In this document: positions 19,883 through 31,284 of the stretch, one piece after another
How positions within the stretch are numbered: the first letter of the stretch is position 1
Layout of the letters: the number at the start of each line of letters is the position of its first letter
NCBI GenBank assembly: GCA_946616195.1
Contig: CAMOIP010000004.1
Span: 5,108 to 69,107, forward strand
DNA from: an uncultured Clostridia bacterium
Lineage (GTDB): Bacteria; Bacillota; Clostridia; Oscillospirales; Acutalibacteraceae
Reading direction: 5' to 3'
Length of the DNA: 64,000 nt
The notes under the pieces: model-generated
Database searches by the model: none
What the model was told of the DNA's origin: nothing
What the model saw: only the letters and a program-made list of their open reading frames with translations
Program-made: the position numbers and the translations under genes

Positions 19883-20521
19883 ATGAATAAAAAAATTATC
19901 GCAGGAATTGTATCGGGCATAGTTATTTTAGTCGCATTGATTTTTGGTATTCTGTATTTTACAGGAACAATAAAACTTAATCTTAAAAGCGAGAAAGAAA
20001 CAACCTCTCAAACCGATTCGGGTAAATCAAGCGAAAAATCTTCGGAAACTTCGGACGGCAAAGGGACTTCCCAAAATTCTTCTGACAGCAAAACTAAAAA
20101 TACTTTAGAATCTCGCTCAACAGGTAAAGATACCGTAGAGGTAAAGGATGCAACGGTTACTGATAACAAGGTTACCGTTCCGATATATGCCACTAAGAAT
20201 GACGGTTTGGCAGCAGCAAGAATGTTTATAGACTTTGATAAAAACGCATTTGATTATGCCGATGTTACACCGGGGGATATGTTCGACGAGTGTTATTCAA
20301 ACATTACAGACGGTGAAGTAACAATTGTTGCAACAACAAAGGACGGAATTTATGATGTAAAGGGTGCCGGAGTTATAGCAAATGTTATTTTAATACCGAA
20401 ATCAGGCATTTCAAAAGGAGAATATAAGGTAACCGTCAATAAGGAAAAGTCGGAGTATGCAAATTATGATGCCGAGTTTGTAAAGCCTACTGTCGAAACA
20501 GGAAAAATAATAATTAAATAA
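19883..20521 (+). CDS. Membrane-anchored protein with Ser/Thr-rich linker and cohesin-like domain
   Basis: It has an N-terminal TM segment, a low-complexity S/T/K linker, and a C-terminal beta-sandwich with cohesin-like pattern (VTVPIYATKNDGLAAARMFIDFDKNAFDYADVTPGDMF...). Confidence 0.6.
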   Translation: MNKKIIAGIVSGIVILVALIFGILYFTGTIKLNLKSEKETTSQTDSGKSSEKSSETSDGKGTSQNSSDSKTKNTLESRSTGKDTVEVKDATVTDNKVTVPIYATKNDGLAAARMFIDFDKNAFDYADVTPGDMFDECYSNITDGEVTIVATTKDGIYDVKGAGVIANVILIPKSGISKGEYKVTVNKEKSEYANYDAEFVKPTVETGKIIIK

Positions 20522-20534
20522 TTTTTAACCCATA

Positions 20535-20563
20535 AAAATCCGCAGTTTTAACTGCGGGTTTTT
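20535..20563 (+). terminator. Intrinsic terminator
   Basis: The stem AAATCCGCAGT-ttta-ACTGCGGGTTT is followed by a T-run. Confidence 0.65.
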
Positions 20564-20617
20564 GTTCTATTATTTTTCGCCTTTACATAAGATTTATTAA
20601 AAGGAAGGCGATAAAAA

Positions 20618-21541
20618 ATGAACGAATATTATCCGGAAGGTTTTAAAAAAGAAACTTATATTTCTACAAGCGGTATTATGAATTTAACAACCCTGATTAA
20701 AGCAAAAGAGGAAGGCTCTATACTTCAGTCAAGAGTAATAATGTGTGATAGCGATAGAAATATGACGGTGGACTTAGGCGGTATTAAAGGTATTATACCG
20801 AGAGAAGAAGGGGCTATCGGTATCAAAGAGGGGATAACAAAGGATATTGCTTTGATATCGAGGGTTGGCAGGACTGTCTGCTTTACAGTTACAGATATAG
20901 TAAACGACAATAGCGGAAAAATATATGCCCTCTTGTCAAGAAAAAATGCTCAACAACTCTGCATTAATAATAAAATCAGTTTTATGTCGGTAGGTGATAT
21001 TATTGATGCAAAGATTACGCATCTTGAAAACTTCGGTGCTTTTTGCGATATTGGTTGCGGAAATATTGCTTTGATGCCTATTGATTTAATCTCGGTTTCG
21101 AGAATTTCTCACCCGTCTGACAGATTTTTTGTCGGTCAAAATATAAAAGCCATTGTTAAAAGCATAGATGAAATGGGAAGAATAACACTTTCTCATAAAG
21201 AACTCTTGGGAACTTGGGAAGAGAATGTAGAAAGGTATTCTATCGGGCAAACGGTTTCGGGTATTGTAAGAAGTGTAGAAGATTACGGTGTTTTTGTCGA
21301 ACTGACACCTAATCTTGCAGGTCTTGCCGAGAGTAAGGAAAATGTTAGAGTAGGAGACCTTGCAAGTGTTTACATAAAAAATATAATCCCGCAAAAAATG
21401 AAAATTAAACTGATTATAATCGATACATTTGAGAGAGCACAAAGACCCGAGTTTGAATATTTTTATCACGGTGAAAACATAAAAGAATTTATGTATTCGC
21501 CCGAAGTTTCAGAAAAAGAAATATATACAAGATTTTATTAA
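20618..21541 (+). CDS. S1 RNA-binding domain protein (three S1-like repeats)
   Basis: S1 motifs repeat through the protein (GDIIDAKITHLENFGAFCDIG, GQTVSGIVRSVEDYGVFVELT). Confidence 0.78.
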   Translation: MNEYYPEGFKKETYISTSGIMNLTTLIKAKEEGSILQSRVIMCDSDRNMTVDLGGIKGIIPREEGAIGIKEGITKDIALISRVGRTVCFTVTDIVNDNSGKIYALLSRKNAQQLCINNKISFMSVGDIIDAKITHLENFGAFCDIGCGNIALMPIDLISVSRISHPSDRFFVGQNIKAIVKSIDEMGRITLSHKELLGTWEENVERYSIGQTVSGIVRSVEDYGVFVELTPNLAGLAESKENVRVGDLASVYIKNIIPQKMKIKLIIIDTFERAQRPEFEYFYHGENIKEFMYSPEVSEKEIYTRFY

Positions 21542-21545
21542 AAGA

Positions 21546-21574
21546 AAAGCCTGACGCTATTGCGTCAGGCTTTT
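21546..21574. terminator. Bidirectional terminator between convergent genes
   Basis: The stem AAGCCTGACGC-tatt-GCGTCAGGCTT has T-runs. Confidence 0.65.
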
Positions 21575-21586
21575 GGCTTTTAAAAA

Positions 21587-23002
21587 TCAGTTTGAAAGGT
21601 CTTCTACAATAAGTTCACGGACAGAATCTTCGGAAACTTCCGATTTCTTTTCACCGTCACGGAATGCGAAGAATTTTTCAGCCACTTGCGGAAACAGAGC
21701 ATAACTTAGTATGTCTTCCTCACTTTTCCCTATGCCTTTTTCTTCCATTTCTTTTCTGTACTTTTCAAGTTCGGGTTCAATAAGGTCGGCAGGACGGCAG
21801 GTAATTACTTTGTCGTCTCCGATGGCTTTCTTGCGTACCTCTTCGTTTACATCTGCCGGTAATTTTCCGTATTCGCCACGAAGAAGGGCTTTTGATTCTT
21901 TCGGAACCATCTTATATCTCTCACCCGAAATAACATTCATAACGGCTTGTGTGCCGACGATTTGGCTTGTCGGGGTAACGAGCGGAGGATATCCGAAATC
22001 TTTACGAACTCTCGGAACCTCGTCCAAAACCTCATAATATTTATCCTCTTTACCGGCTTGCTTTAATTGAGAAATGGTATTTGAAAGCATACCGCCGGGA
22101 ACTTGATATATAAGTGTTTTGGCATCTACACCTAAAACTTTAGGGTCTAAAATTCCCTGCTCTTTTAATTTGTCGGCAACACCTCTGAAATGTGTTGCAA
22201 TATCTGTAAGAGCAGATAAATCAATACCCGTATCTCTATCGGTGCCCTTTAAGGTTGCTACAAGAGCCTCGGTTGCAGGGTTGGATGTTCCGTTTGCAAA
22301 GGGAGACAGTGCAGTATCGACAATATCAACTCCTGCTTCACAAGCCATTAAATATGTCATATCGCCGGTACCCGTCGTATTATGAGTATGAAGATGAATC
22401 GGAATTTTAATGTTTTCCTTGAGTTTTTTAACAAGGGAATATGCATCAAACGGCAAAAGCAAGTTTGCCATATCTTTAATACAAATCGTATCAGCACCCA
22501 TATTTTCGAGTGTCTTTGCCAAATTCACAAAGTATTCTTCATTATGCACCGGACTCTTGGTGTAACTGATAGCGGCTTCGCAAATACCGCCGTATTCTTT
22601 GCAGGACTTAATCGACTGCTCTAAGTTTCTCGGGTCGTTAAGAGCATCAAATATACGAATTACATCAATTCCGTTTTCAATAGACTTTTTAACAAAGGCA
22701 TCAACAACATCGTCGGCATAATGCTTGTAACCTAAAATGTTCTGACCTCTGAAAAGCATTTGAAGTTTTGTGTTGTGCATATATTTTTTAATTGTGCGAA
22801 GTCTTTCCCACGGGTCCTCGTTTAAAAAACGCATACAGGAATCAAAGGTCGCTCCGCCCCAACATTCAACCGACCAATATCCGACCTTATCAAGTCTTTC
22901 AAGTGCCGGAATCATATCCTCGGTTCTCATACGGGTTGCGGCTTGAGATTGATGAGCGTCTCGAAGTATTGTATCGGTAATCAGAAGTGGTTTCTTTTCC
23001 AT
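21587..23002 (-). CDS. oadA: Oxaloacetate decarboxylase alpha subunit / carboxyltransferase (5S-type, no fused biotin domain)
   Basis: It shows ITDTILRDAHQSQAATRMRTEDM and HLHTHNTTGTG (HMGL-like pyruvate carboxyltransferase fold). GGAGA lies upstream of the second ATG (MEKKPLL), so the start is set at 23002. Confidence 0.88.
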   Translation of the reverse strand: MEKKPLLITDTILRDAHQSQAATRMRTEDMIPALERLDKVGYWSVECWGGATFDSCMRFLNEDPWERLRTIKKYMHNTKLQMLFRGQNILGYKHYADDVVDAFVKKSIENGIDVIRIFDALNDPRNLEQSIKSCKEYGGICEAAISYTKSPVHNEEYFVNLAKTLENMGADTICIKDMANLLLPFDAYSLVKKLKENIKIPIHLHTHNTTGTGDMTYLMACEAGVDIVDTALSPFANGTSNPATEALVATLKGTDRDTGIDLSALTDIATHFRGVADKLKEQGILDPKVLGVDAKTLIYQVPGGMLSNTISQLKQAGKEDKYYEVLDEVPRVRKDFGYPPLVTPTSQIVGTQAVMNVISGERYKMVPKESKALLRGEYGKLPADVNEEVRKKAIGDDKVITCRPADLIEPELEKYRKEMEEKGIGKSEEDILSYALFPQVAEKFFAFRDGEKKSEVSEDSVRELIVEDLSN

Positions 23003-23108
23003 AATAATCTCCATTTCTTTTTAAGACACAAAATGCGATGAAAAAATCACGAAATGGTGATTATTATATCGCATCTGTTTCGGTTGCCTTTTTATAAAAG
23101 GCGAGAAA
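23003..23108 (-). promoter_or_regulatory. Conserved leader element copy A (hairpin ATGCGAT..ATCGCAT plus U-run), upstream of oadA
   Basis: It is about 80% identical over about 105 nt to 34940-35045. The apical helix differs in sequence but is maintained in both copies. Confidence 0.55.
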
Positions 23109-23157
23109 CAGGCGTCTTTATGATTTTAGCGTGATTTTTCACGCTAAAAATCTCCTA

Positions 23158-24357
23158 TTAACCAAACAATGAAATTAAAACACCGGCGGCGATAGCCGAA
23201 CCGATAACTCCGGCAACATTCGGTCCCATAGCATGCATAAGTAAAAAGTTGGAGGGATTAGCATCCTGACCTACCTTTTGAGATACTCTTGCTGCCATTG
23301 GAACAGCCGAAACACCGGCAGAACCGATAAGAGGATTGATTTTATTCTTGGTAAATAAATTCATAACCTTTGCAAGTAAAACACCACCGGCAGTACCTAG
23401 TCCGAAGGCTACAATGCCCATACCCATAATCTTGAGGGTTTGCAGGTTTAAAAATGCTTCGGCAGTGGCAGTAGCACCTACCGATATACCTAAGAATATT
23501 GTTACAATATTCATAAGTTCATTCTGTGCGGTTTTGCAAAGTCTTTCGCAAACTCCCGATTCTTTCCAGAGATTGCCGAGCATTAAGCATCCGATAAGCG
23601 GTGTAGCCGAAGGAACAAGTAAAGATACAACTATTGTAACGGCAATAGGGAATATAATCTTTTCGGTTTTTGAAACCTGACGAAGAGGTTTCATAACTAT
23701 ACTTCTTTCCTTTTTGGTTGTCAACAACTTCATAATAGGAGGTTGAATAACCGGAACAAGTGCCATATAAGAATATGCGGCAACAGCGATAGGTCCTAAA
23801 AGATTAGGGTACAATCTCGATGTAGTATAAATAGCGGTAGGACCGTCAGCACCGCCGATAATTCCTATACTTGCAGCGGCTTCTTGCGGGAAAGCCATAA
23901 ATACGCAACCTATAAATGTTGCAAAAATTCCAACCTGAGCCGCAGCACCCAAAAGAAGCGATTTCGGATTTGAAATAAGCGGTCCGAAGTCGGTCATAGC
24001 ACCTATGCCTACGAAAATAAGACACGGATAGATACAGGTCTTAACACCTATGTATAGTATATCCAAAAGTCCGCCGTCGTGCATAATGGTGCCGTAACCT
24101 ATTTCACCGTTCATAAATTGACGCCAAAGGTCGGTATGATACATAGCATCGTTCGGAGTAAAAGCGGTTAAATTGGTAAGAAGCATACCAAAAGCAATAC
24201 CTACAAGCAAGAGTGGTTCAAATTGCTTTTTAATGCCTAAATACAAAAGAAAAAGGGAAATCAAAATCATAACAAGCGATTTCCAGTTTTCGCCTAAATT
24301 GCCGAACAGAAGGTAAATACCCGTTGTTTTGGCAAACGAAATAATTTGTTCTAACAT
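23158..24357 (-). CDS. oadB: Sodium ion-translocating decarboxylase beta subunit
   Basis: The 399-aa polytopic protein is OadB/GcdB/MmdB-like ([31 protein letters not shown]). Confidence 0.9.
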   Translation of the reverse strand: MLEQIISFAKTTGIYLLFGNLGENWKSLVMILISLFLLYLGIKKQFEPLLLVGIAFGMLLTNLTAFTPNDAMYHTDLWRQFMNGEIGYGTIMHDGGLLDILYIGVKTCIYPCLIFVGIGAMTDFGPLISNPKSLLLGAAAQVGIFATFIGCVFMAFPQEAAASIGIIGGADGPTAIYTTSRLYPNLLGPIAVAAYSYMALVPVIQPPIMKLLTTKKERSIVMKPLRQVSKTEKIIFPIAVTIVVSLLVPSATPLIGCLMLGNLWKESGVCERLCKTAQNELMNIVTIFLGISVGATATAEAFLNLQTLKIMGMGIVAFGLGTAGGVLLAKVMNLFTKNKINPLIGSAGVSAVPMAARVSQKVGQDANPSNFLLMHAMGPNVAGVIGSAIAAGVLISLFG

Positions 24358-24374
24358 TTTCTTATTCTCCTAAA

Positions 24375-24722
24375 TCAGCCGATAACGCAAAGTTGGGCTC
24401 CGGTTTCAACCGAGCCGCCTTTTGTTACATTTATCGAAGTTACTGTTCCGTCGCAAGGAGCCATAATTTCATTTTCCATTTTCATGGCTTCGAGAATCAT
24501 TAAAACATCGCCCTTTTTAACCGATGCTCCGTTTGTTACTTTGACATCAAGAATGTTGCCGGGCATCGGAGCGGTAACAACTTCGCCCGAAGAGGGAGCG
24601 GTTGTCGGAGCAGGAGCAGCAACAGGAGTTTCTTTTGGGGTTGCGGTTACATTTGCCGCATCAATTTCTTCAAGTGTAATTTCGTAGGCTGTACCGTTTA
24701 CGGTTACTTTATACTTTTTCAT
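24375..24722 (-). CDS. Biotin carboxyl carrier protein of the decarboxylase
   Basis: It has the biotinylation motif EAMKMENEI and an Ala/Pro linker. GAGG lies 7 nt upstream of the second ATG. Confidence 0.85.
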   Translation of the reverse strand: MKKYKVTVNGTAYEITLEEIDAANVTATPKETPVAAPAPTTAPSSGEVVTAPMPGNILDVKVTNGASVKKGDVLMILEAMKMENEIMAPCDGTVTSINVTKGGSVETGAQLCVIG

Positions 24723-24743
24723 ATCCATACCTCATTTATTTAA

Positions 24744-25013
24744 TTATAATTTTTTGAATGATACAACACGCAAAGCGGAAACATCTTTTCCCATTTCCTC
24801 AGCGCAGACCGCCGTTACGGCAGCAATAATTTCTTGTTTGTTTTCGATTTTTAGGGACGCAGGTTTTGAAATACTCGGTGTTTCGGCAACCTTTTTTGAG
24901 CCGATGTTGCAGAATAAACCTACTATTTTGCAGACAATTATAATGCAAATAAGACCGATAAAAACCGTACCAATTCCCATAACTACAACAAAAGCATTGT
25001 TGATTTCAGTCAT
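24744..25013 (-). CDS. oadG: Decarboxylase gamma subunit (OadG-like small membrane anchor)
   Basis: The 89-aa protein has a single N-terminal TM segment and is the first gene of the operon. GGAGGG lies upstream. Confidence 0.68.
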   Translation of the reverse strand: MTEINNAFVVVMGIGTVFIGLICIIIVCKIVGLFCNIGSKKVAETPSISKPASLKIENKQEIIAAVTAVCAEEMGKDVSALRVVSFKKL

Positions 25014-25084
25014 TATTCACCCTCCTGTAAATAATCTTTAAAAGGTCAGTTGAATAAAATCACCAAACTAACCCATTTAATCAT

Positions 25085-25113
25085 ATTATAGAGTAAAAAG
25101 TCAAGATAGTCAA
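25085..25113 (-). promoter_or_regulatory. Sigma-A promoter of the decarboxylase operon
   Basis: On the minus strand it reads TTGACT-17 nt-TATAAT. A direct repeat CTTGACTATCTTGACT is present. Confidence 0.55.
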
Positions 25114-25161
25114 GAGCATTTTGACTTAAAAAAGGAAGAAATAATATTTTGCAAAAAATGC

Positions 25162-25190
25162 TTGACAAAACTAAAAAAAACTGATAGTAT
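25162..25190 (+). promoter_or_regulatory. Sigma-A promoter of the T-box leader
   Basis: It reads TTGACA-17 nt-TAGTAT. Confidence 0.45.
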
Positions 25191-25204
25191 TATTGCATTA
25201 AAGC

Positions 25205-25467
25205 ATAAACCTACGATTAAGAATAGTAACTTAAATTCTTTGTTTACAAGAGAGTTGCAGACGGTGGAAATGCGATACAAAGTTTTAAGCGAATGGACTT
25301 ATGAGGGCGACCGAAAGCATTTCTGTTAGTAGTAGTCGACGGTTACGCAATCGTTAAAATGCGGCTCGTATGTTTGTATGAGGCAGAGTGGACGGTTATT
25401 TCGTCAATTAGGGTGGTACCGCAGGATATTTAAAGTCTTGTCCCTTTTAAGGGATGGGACTTTTTTG
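25205..25467 (+). promoter_or_regulatory. T-box leader (probable Trp specifier UGG) with terminator
   Basis: Stem I has AGAGAG and GGUGGAA. The specifier context is GCGAA-UGG-A at 25294-25296. An F-box-like GGUUAC is present. The T-box sequence AAUUAGGGUGGUACCGC lies at 25406-25424. The terminator GTCCC..GGGAC plus a T-run lies at 25433-25466. Confidence 0.85.
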
Positions 25468-25580
25468 TTATTTTTATTTAAGGAGAGCGGCTTATGTTTT
25501 TATTGACGGTACGATGGCAAAACTGAAATATTTTATTAAAAAGCAAATATAAATATTATTGTATAAAGGAGTAATTCATT

Positions 25581-26618
25581 ATGAAAAAGACACTGTCAAT
25601 TATTTTATCAATCGTTTTGGTGATTTCCTGCATTTCGCTTCTTGCAGGGTGCGGAGAAAAAGGTGAAACTGCCAAAAAGACTTTTAAGGTGGGTATCTGC
25701 AACTATGTTGACGATGCTTCCCTTAACCAGATTGTAGACAACATACAGTCCGAACTTAAATCAATAGCAAAAGCAAATGATGTTGAGTTTGATGTAACGG
25801 TTGAAAACTGCAATGCTGATAGTTCTCTTTTGCAACAAATCATTGAAGAGTTTAAATCTGATAAGGTTGACTTAATGATTGGTGTTGCAACACCTGTTGC
25901 AATGGCTATGCAAGCACAAACGGCAAACAGCGATATACCTGTTGTGTTTTCCGCAGTATCAGACCCGATTTCCGTAGGTCTTGTTAAATCTCTCGAAAAC
26001 CCCGAAGCAAACATAACCGGCACATCGGATTATCTTAATACAGAAGCAGTTTTGAATTTGATTAAAAAACTTAATCCCGATGTCAAAAAGGTAGGTCTTC
26101 TTTACGATTTGGGTCAGGATTCTTCCGCTACCCCTGTTAAAGATGCTAAGAAATTCCTCGAAGACGCAGGTATTAAGGTTGCCGAAGCAAACGGTGCAAC
26201 AATAGAGGAAATCAAACTTGCCGCCGAACAACTTGTTTCGGAAAAGGTTGATGCCGTATTTACTCCTACCGATAATTCGATTATGGCAGCAGAACTTTCA
26301 ATTTATAAAATATTCGCCGATGCAAAAATTCCTCACTATACAGGTGCCGATTCTTTCGCATTAAACGGAGCATTTTTAGGATACGGCGTAGATTATGCAA
26401 ATTTAGGAAAAGAAACCGCAAAAATAGTTGCGGATATTCTTGTAAACGGAAAGAGCCCTTCGTCTATACCTGTTAAGACATTTGATAACGGCATAGCAAC
26501 TATCAACGAAGAAACGGCAAAGGCTATCGGATATGATTTTGAAAAATTATCTGAATTATTTGCTCCTCTTTGCTCAAAGGTACTTCCTATAAAGACAGCA
26601 GAAAACTTTGATAAGTAA
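25581..26618 (+). CDS. ABC transporter substrate-binding lipoprotein (TrpX-like)
   Basis: It has a lipobox LLAGC. The fold looks like an ABC_sub_bind-type periplasmic binding protein. It is the first gene after the T-box. Confidence 0.78.
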   Translation: MKKTLSIILSIVLVISCISLLAGCGEKGETAKKTFKVGICNYVDDASLNQIVDNIQSELKSIAKANDVEFDVTVENCNADSSLLQQIIEEFKSDKVDLMIGVATPVAMAMQAQTANSDIPVVFSAVSDPISVGLVKSLENPEANITGTSDYLNTEAVLNLIKKLNPDVKKVGLLYDLGQDSSATPVKDAKKFLEDAGIKVAEANGATIEEIKLAAEQLVSEKVDAVFTPTDNSIMAAELSIYKIFADAKIPHYTGADSFALNGAFLGYGVDYANLGKETAKIVADILVNGKSPSSIPVKTFDNGIATINEETAKAIGYDFEKLSELFAPLCSKVLPIKTAENFDK

Positions 26619-26644
26619 TTTTTTTAAGCGTAAGGGAACAGTTT

Positions 26645-27718
26645 TTGAAAATGAGTTTAAAATCAGATAATAAGTATTTGAAAACACTCGGCAAGATTTC
26701 GCCGATACTCATACTTCTTGTCGTGATAATTCTTCTCCATTTATTTGGTGTGTTATCGTGGAACCGTGATCAGGCGGCGATAGAAGTAGGTCTTATCAAT
26801 TCTCTTGTCGTTCTGGCATTGTTTTTAAGTTATACAATGCTTAATATATGCGACCTTTCTACCGACGGGTGCTATACTTTGGGTGTTGCCGTAGGCGGAG
26901 TTATGGCGGCTTCGGGACATCCTTATTTAGCAATACCTGCCGCACTTTTGGCAGGGGCCCTTTCGGGACTTGTTACTGCCGTTTTGCAGACAAAAATGGG
27001 CGTAAACAGTCTTTTGTCGGGAATTATCGTGAATACTGGACTTTATAGTGTAAATATTGTAATTATGGGCAAATCTACAATAAATATTTTCAGAAATGAA
27101 ACGATATTTTCTATTGTAAGACGAGTTTTCGGCGAAAAGGCGAGAATGGGTTTTGAAAATGCGTTTGAAAGAATGCCTAAATCACCGTTTGTTCAGTATT
27201 CGGCACTTATAGTTGCCGGTGCCTTTGTAATAATAGTAATTACATTTTTGTCCTTCTTTTTAAGGACTAAATTAGGTCTTGCCATTCACGCAACCGGCGA
27301 TAACCCCGAAATGGTTCGCTCTTCCTCTATAAACCCCGTAATGACGATAATTACAGGACTTTGTATTTCGGGGTCTATGACGGCTCTTTCAGGTTGCCTT
27401 TTTATACAATATACAAATTCTGCCGATATAAATGTCGGCGGAGGTATGGTAACAATGGCTCTTGCTTCACTTCTTATAGGCGGAGTTTTCATAAGCGAGG
27501 GAAGTATAGCGGTGCGTTGCCTTGGTGCGGTGCTCGGAACAATTATTTTCCGTCTTATCTATGCCATAGCACTTGCACTTAAGATAGATACAAATCTCTT
27601 AAAACTTGTTTATTCCTTAATTGTTGTAATTGCAATTTCAACACCGTATTTCAAAAAACAGTTACCAATGATAAAAAGACGGTTAAAGCATAGAAACGGC
27701 GGTGAAGTTCGTGGCTGA
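26645..27718 (+). CDS. ABC transporter permease
   Basis: The 357-aa polytopic protein lies between the SBP and ATPase genes. The start is either TTG at 26645 or ATG at 26651. Confidence 0.78.
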   Translation: MKMSLKSDNKYLKTLGKISPILILLVVIILLHLFGVLSWNRDQAAIEVGLINSLVVLALFLSYTMLNICDLSTDGCYTLGVAVGGVMAASGHPYLAIPAALLAGALSGLVTAVLQTKMGVNSLLSGIIVNTGLYSVNIVIMGKSTINIFRNETIFSIVRRVFGEKARMGFENAFERMPKSPFVQYSALIVAGAFVIIVITFLSFFLRTKLGLAIHATGDNPEMVRSSSINPVMTIITGLCISGSMTALSGCLFIQYTNSADINVGGGMVTMALASLLIGGVFISEGSIAVRCLGAVLGTIIFRLIYAIALALKIDTNLLKLVYSLIVVIAISTPYFKKQLPMIKRRLKHRNGGEVRG

Positions 27719-27722
27719 TACA

Positions 27723-28508
27723 ATGCTTAATATAAATAATATTTCCAAAACATTTAACCCCGGTACGGCTACGGCAAAACTTGCCCTTGACAATCTTTCT
27801 CTTAATGTTAAATCGGGTGATTTTATAACGGTTATCGGTGCGAACGGTGCCGGTAAATCAACCTTGTTTAATGCAATCGCCGGAACATTTATAACCGATA
27901 CCGGCTCGGTATTACTTGACGGCAAGGATATAACCCTTATGCCTGAGCATAAAAGGGCAAAGAAAATCGGCAGACTTTTTCAAGACCCGATGAAAGGCAC
28001 GGCACCGGGAATGACCGTAGAAGAAAACCTTGCACTTGCCTGTGGGCACGGCGGTTGGCTTTCGGGTGTTTCGGCTGACGATAAGAAACTATTTCGTGAG
28101 AAGATAGCCTGTCTTGATATGGGACTTGAAGACCGTATGCAAAGCCCGATGGGACTATTATCGGGCGGTCAGCGACAGGCGATAACACTTCTTATGGCAA
28201 CTATAAATCCGCCAAAACTTTTACTGCTCGACGAACATACGGCGGCACTCGACCCTGCAACTGCCGAAAAGGTTATAAATCTTACAAAGACAATAGTAAG
28301 CGAAAACAATTTAACCTGCCTTATGATTACTCATAATATGCAGTCGGCTTTGGACCTCGGAACAAGGACGATTATGATGGATAAAGGAAAAATCATATTT
28401 GATACTTCGGGGGAAGAGCGTTCAAAACTTACGGTTTCAGACCTGCTTGTTGCATTCAAAAATGCGGCAGGAACTACCCTTGATAATGACCGTATGCTTC
28501 TTGATTAA
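27723..28508 (+). CDS. ABC transporter ATP-binding protein
   Basis: It has Walker A GANGAGKST, signature LSGGQRQ and Walker B LLLLDEHTAALD. The start at ATG 27723 (MLNINNISKTF) is preferred; the alternative is GTG 27702. Confidence 0.88.
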   Translation: MLNINNISKTFNPGTATAKLALDNLSLNVKSGDFITVIGANGAGKSTLFNAIAGTFITDTGSVLLDGKDITLMPEHKRAKKIGRLFQDPMKGTAPGMTVEENLALACGHGGWLSGVSADDKKLFREKIACLDMGLEDRMQSPMGLLSGGQRQAITLLMATINPPKLLLLDEHTAALDPATAEKVINLTKTIVSENNLTCLMITHNMQSALDLGTRTIMMDKGKIIFDTSGEERSKLTVSDLLVAFKNAAGTTLDNDRMLLD

Positions 28509-28526
28509 ATATACTTTTTAAAAATA

Positions 28527-28559
28527 GAAGGGTGAGAGAATAAAATTCTCTCACCCTTC
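28527..28559. terminator. Bidirectional terminator
   Basis: The stem is GAAGGGTGAGAGAA-taaa-ATTCTCTCACCCTTC. Confidence 0.7.
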
Positions 28560-28577
28560 TAATAATTTCGATAAAAT

Positions 28578-28991
28578 TTATTTGAAATTTATACTTTTAT
28601 TTCTTCTGTGTGCAGAAATAATGAATTTTGAAATATCAATATTATTTATTTTTTCTTTTGAAAGATTTTCTTTATAAATTTCTTGCTCTCTTTTTATTGT
28701 TTCCTCTCGTTTTGCCTTTGCCGATTTATAGTCGCTTATATCGTCGCAATACATAGCAAAAATAATAACCTTGTCGGGTCTGACCTCAAAAAAGCCGTCC
28801 TCAACAACAGCGGTTTTCCACTCGCCGTTTATTTTGAGTTTGATTTCGTCCCGACCCAAAGCGGCAACAAGATTTTGATGCCCTTTGAGTATTTCAATAT
28901 CTCCGTCGGAAGTAGGGCATATAGCGTCTTCAACTGCCCCTGAAAAGAACTGCTTTTCAGGAGTTAAAATTTCGAGATTAAATTCGCTCAT
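28578..28991 (-). CDS. atpC: F-type ATP synthase epsilon subunit
   Basis: MSEFNLEILTPEKQFFSG.. is the epsilon N-terminal beta-sandwich. It is the last gene of the operon. AGGTGG lies upstream of the ATG at 28991. Confidence 0.85.
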   Translation of the reverse strand: MSEFNLEILTPEKQFFSGAVEDAICPTSDGDIEILKGHQNLVAALGRDEIKLKINGEWKTAVVEDGFFEVRPDKVIIFAMYCDDISDYKSAKAKREETIKREQEIYKENLSKEKINNIDISKFIISAHRRNKSINFK

Positions 28992-29023
28992 AGTCCCACC
29001 TCTCAAATATTAAAAACGGAGTA

Positions 29024-31276
<2,253 letters not shown>

Positions 31277-31284
<8 letters not shown>

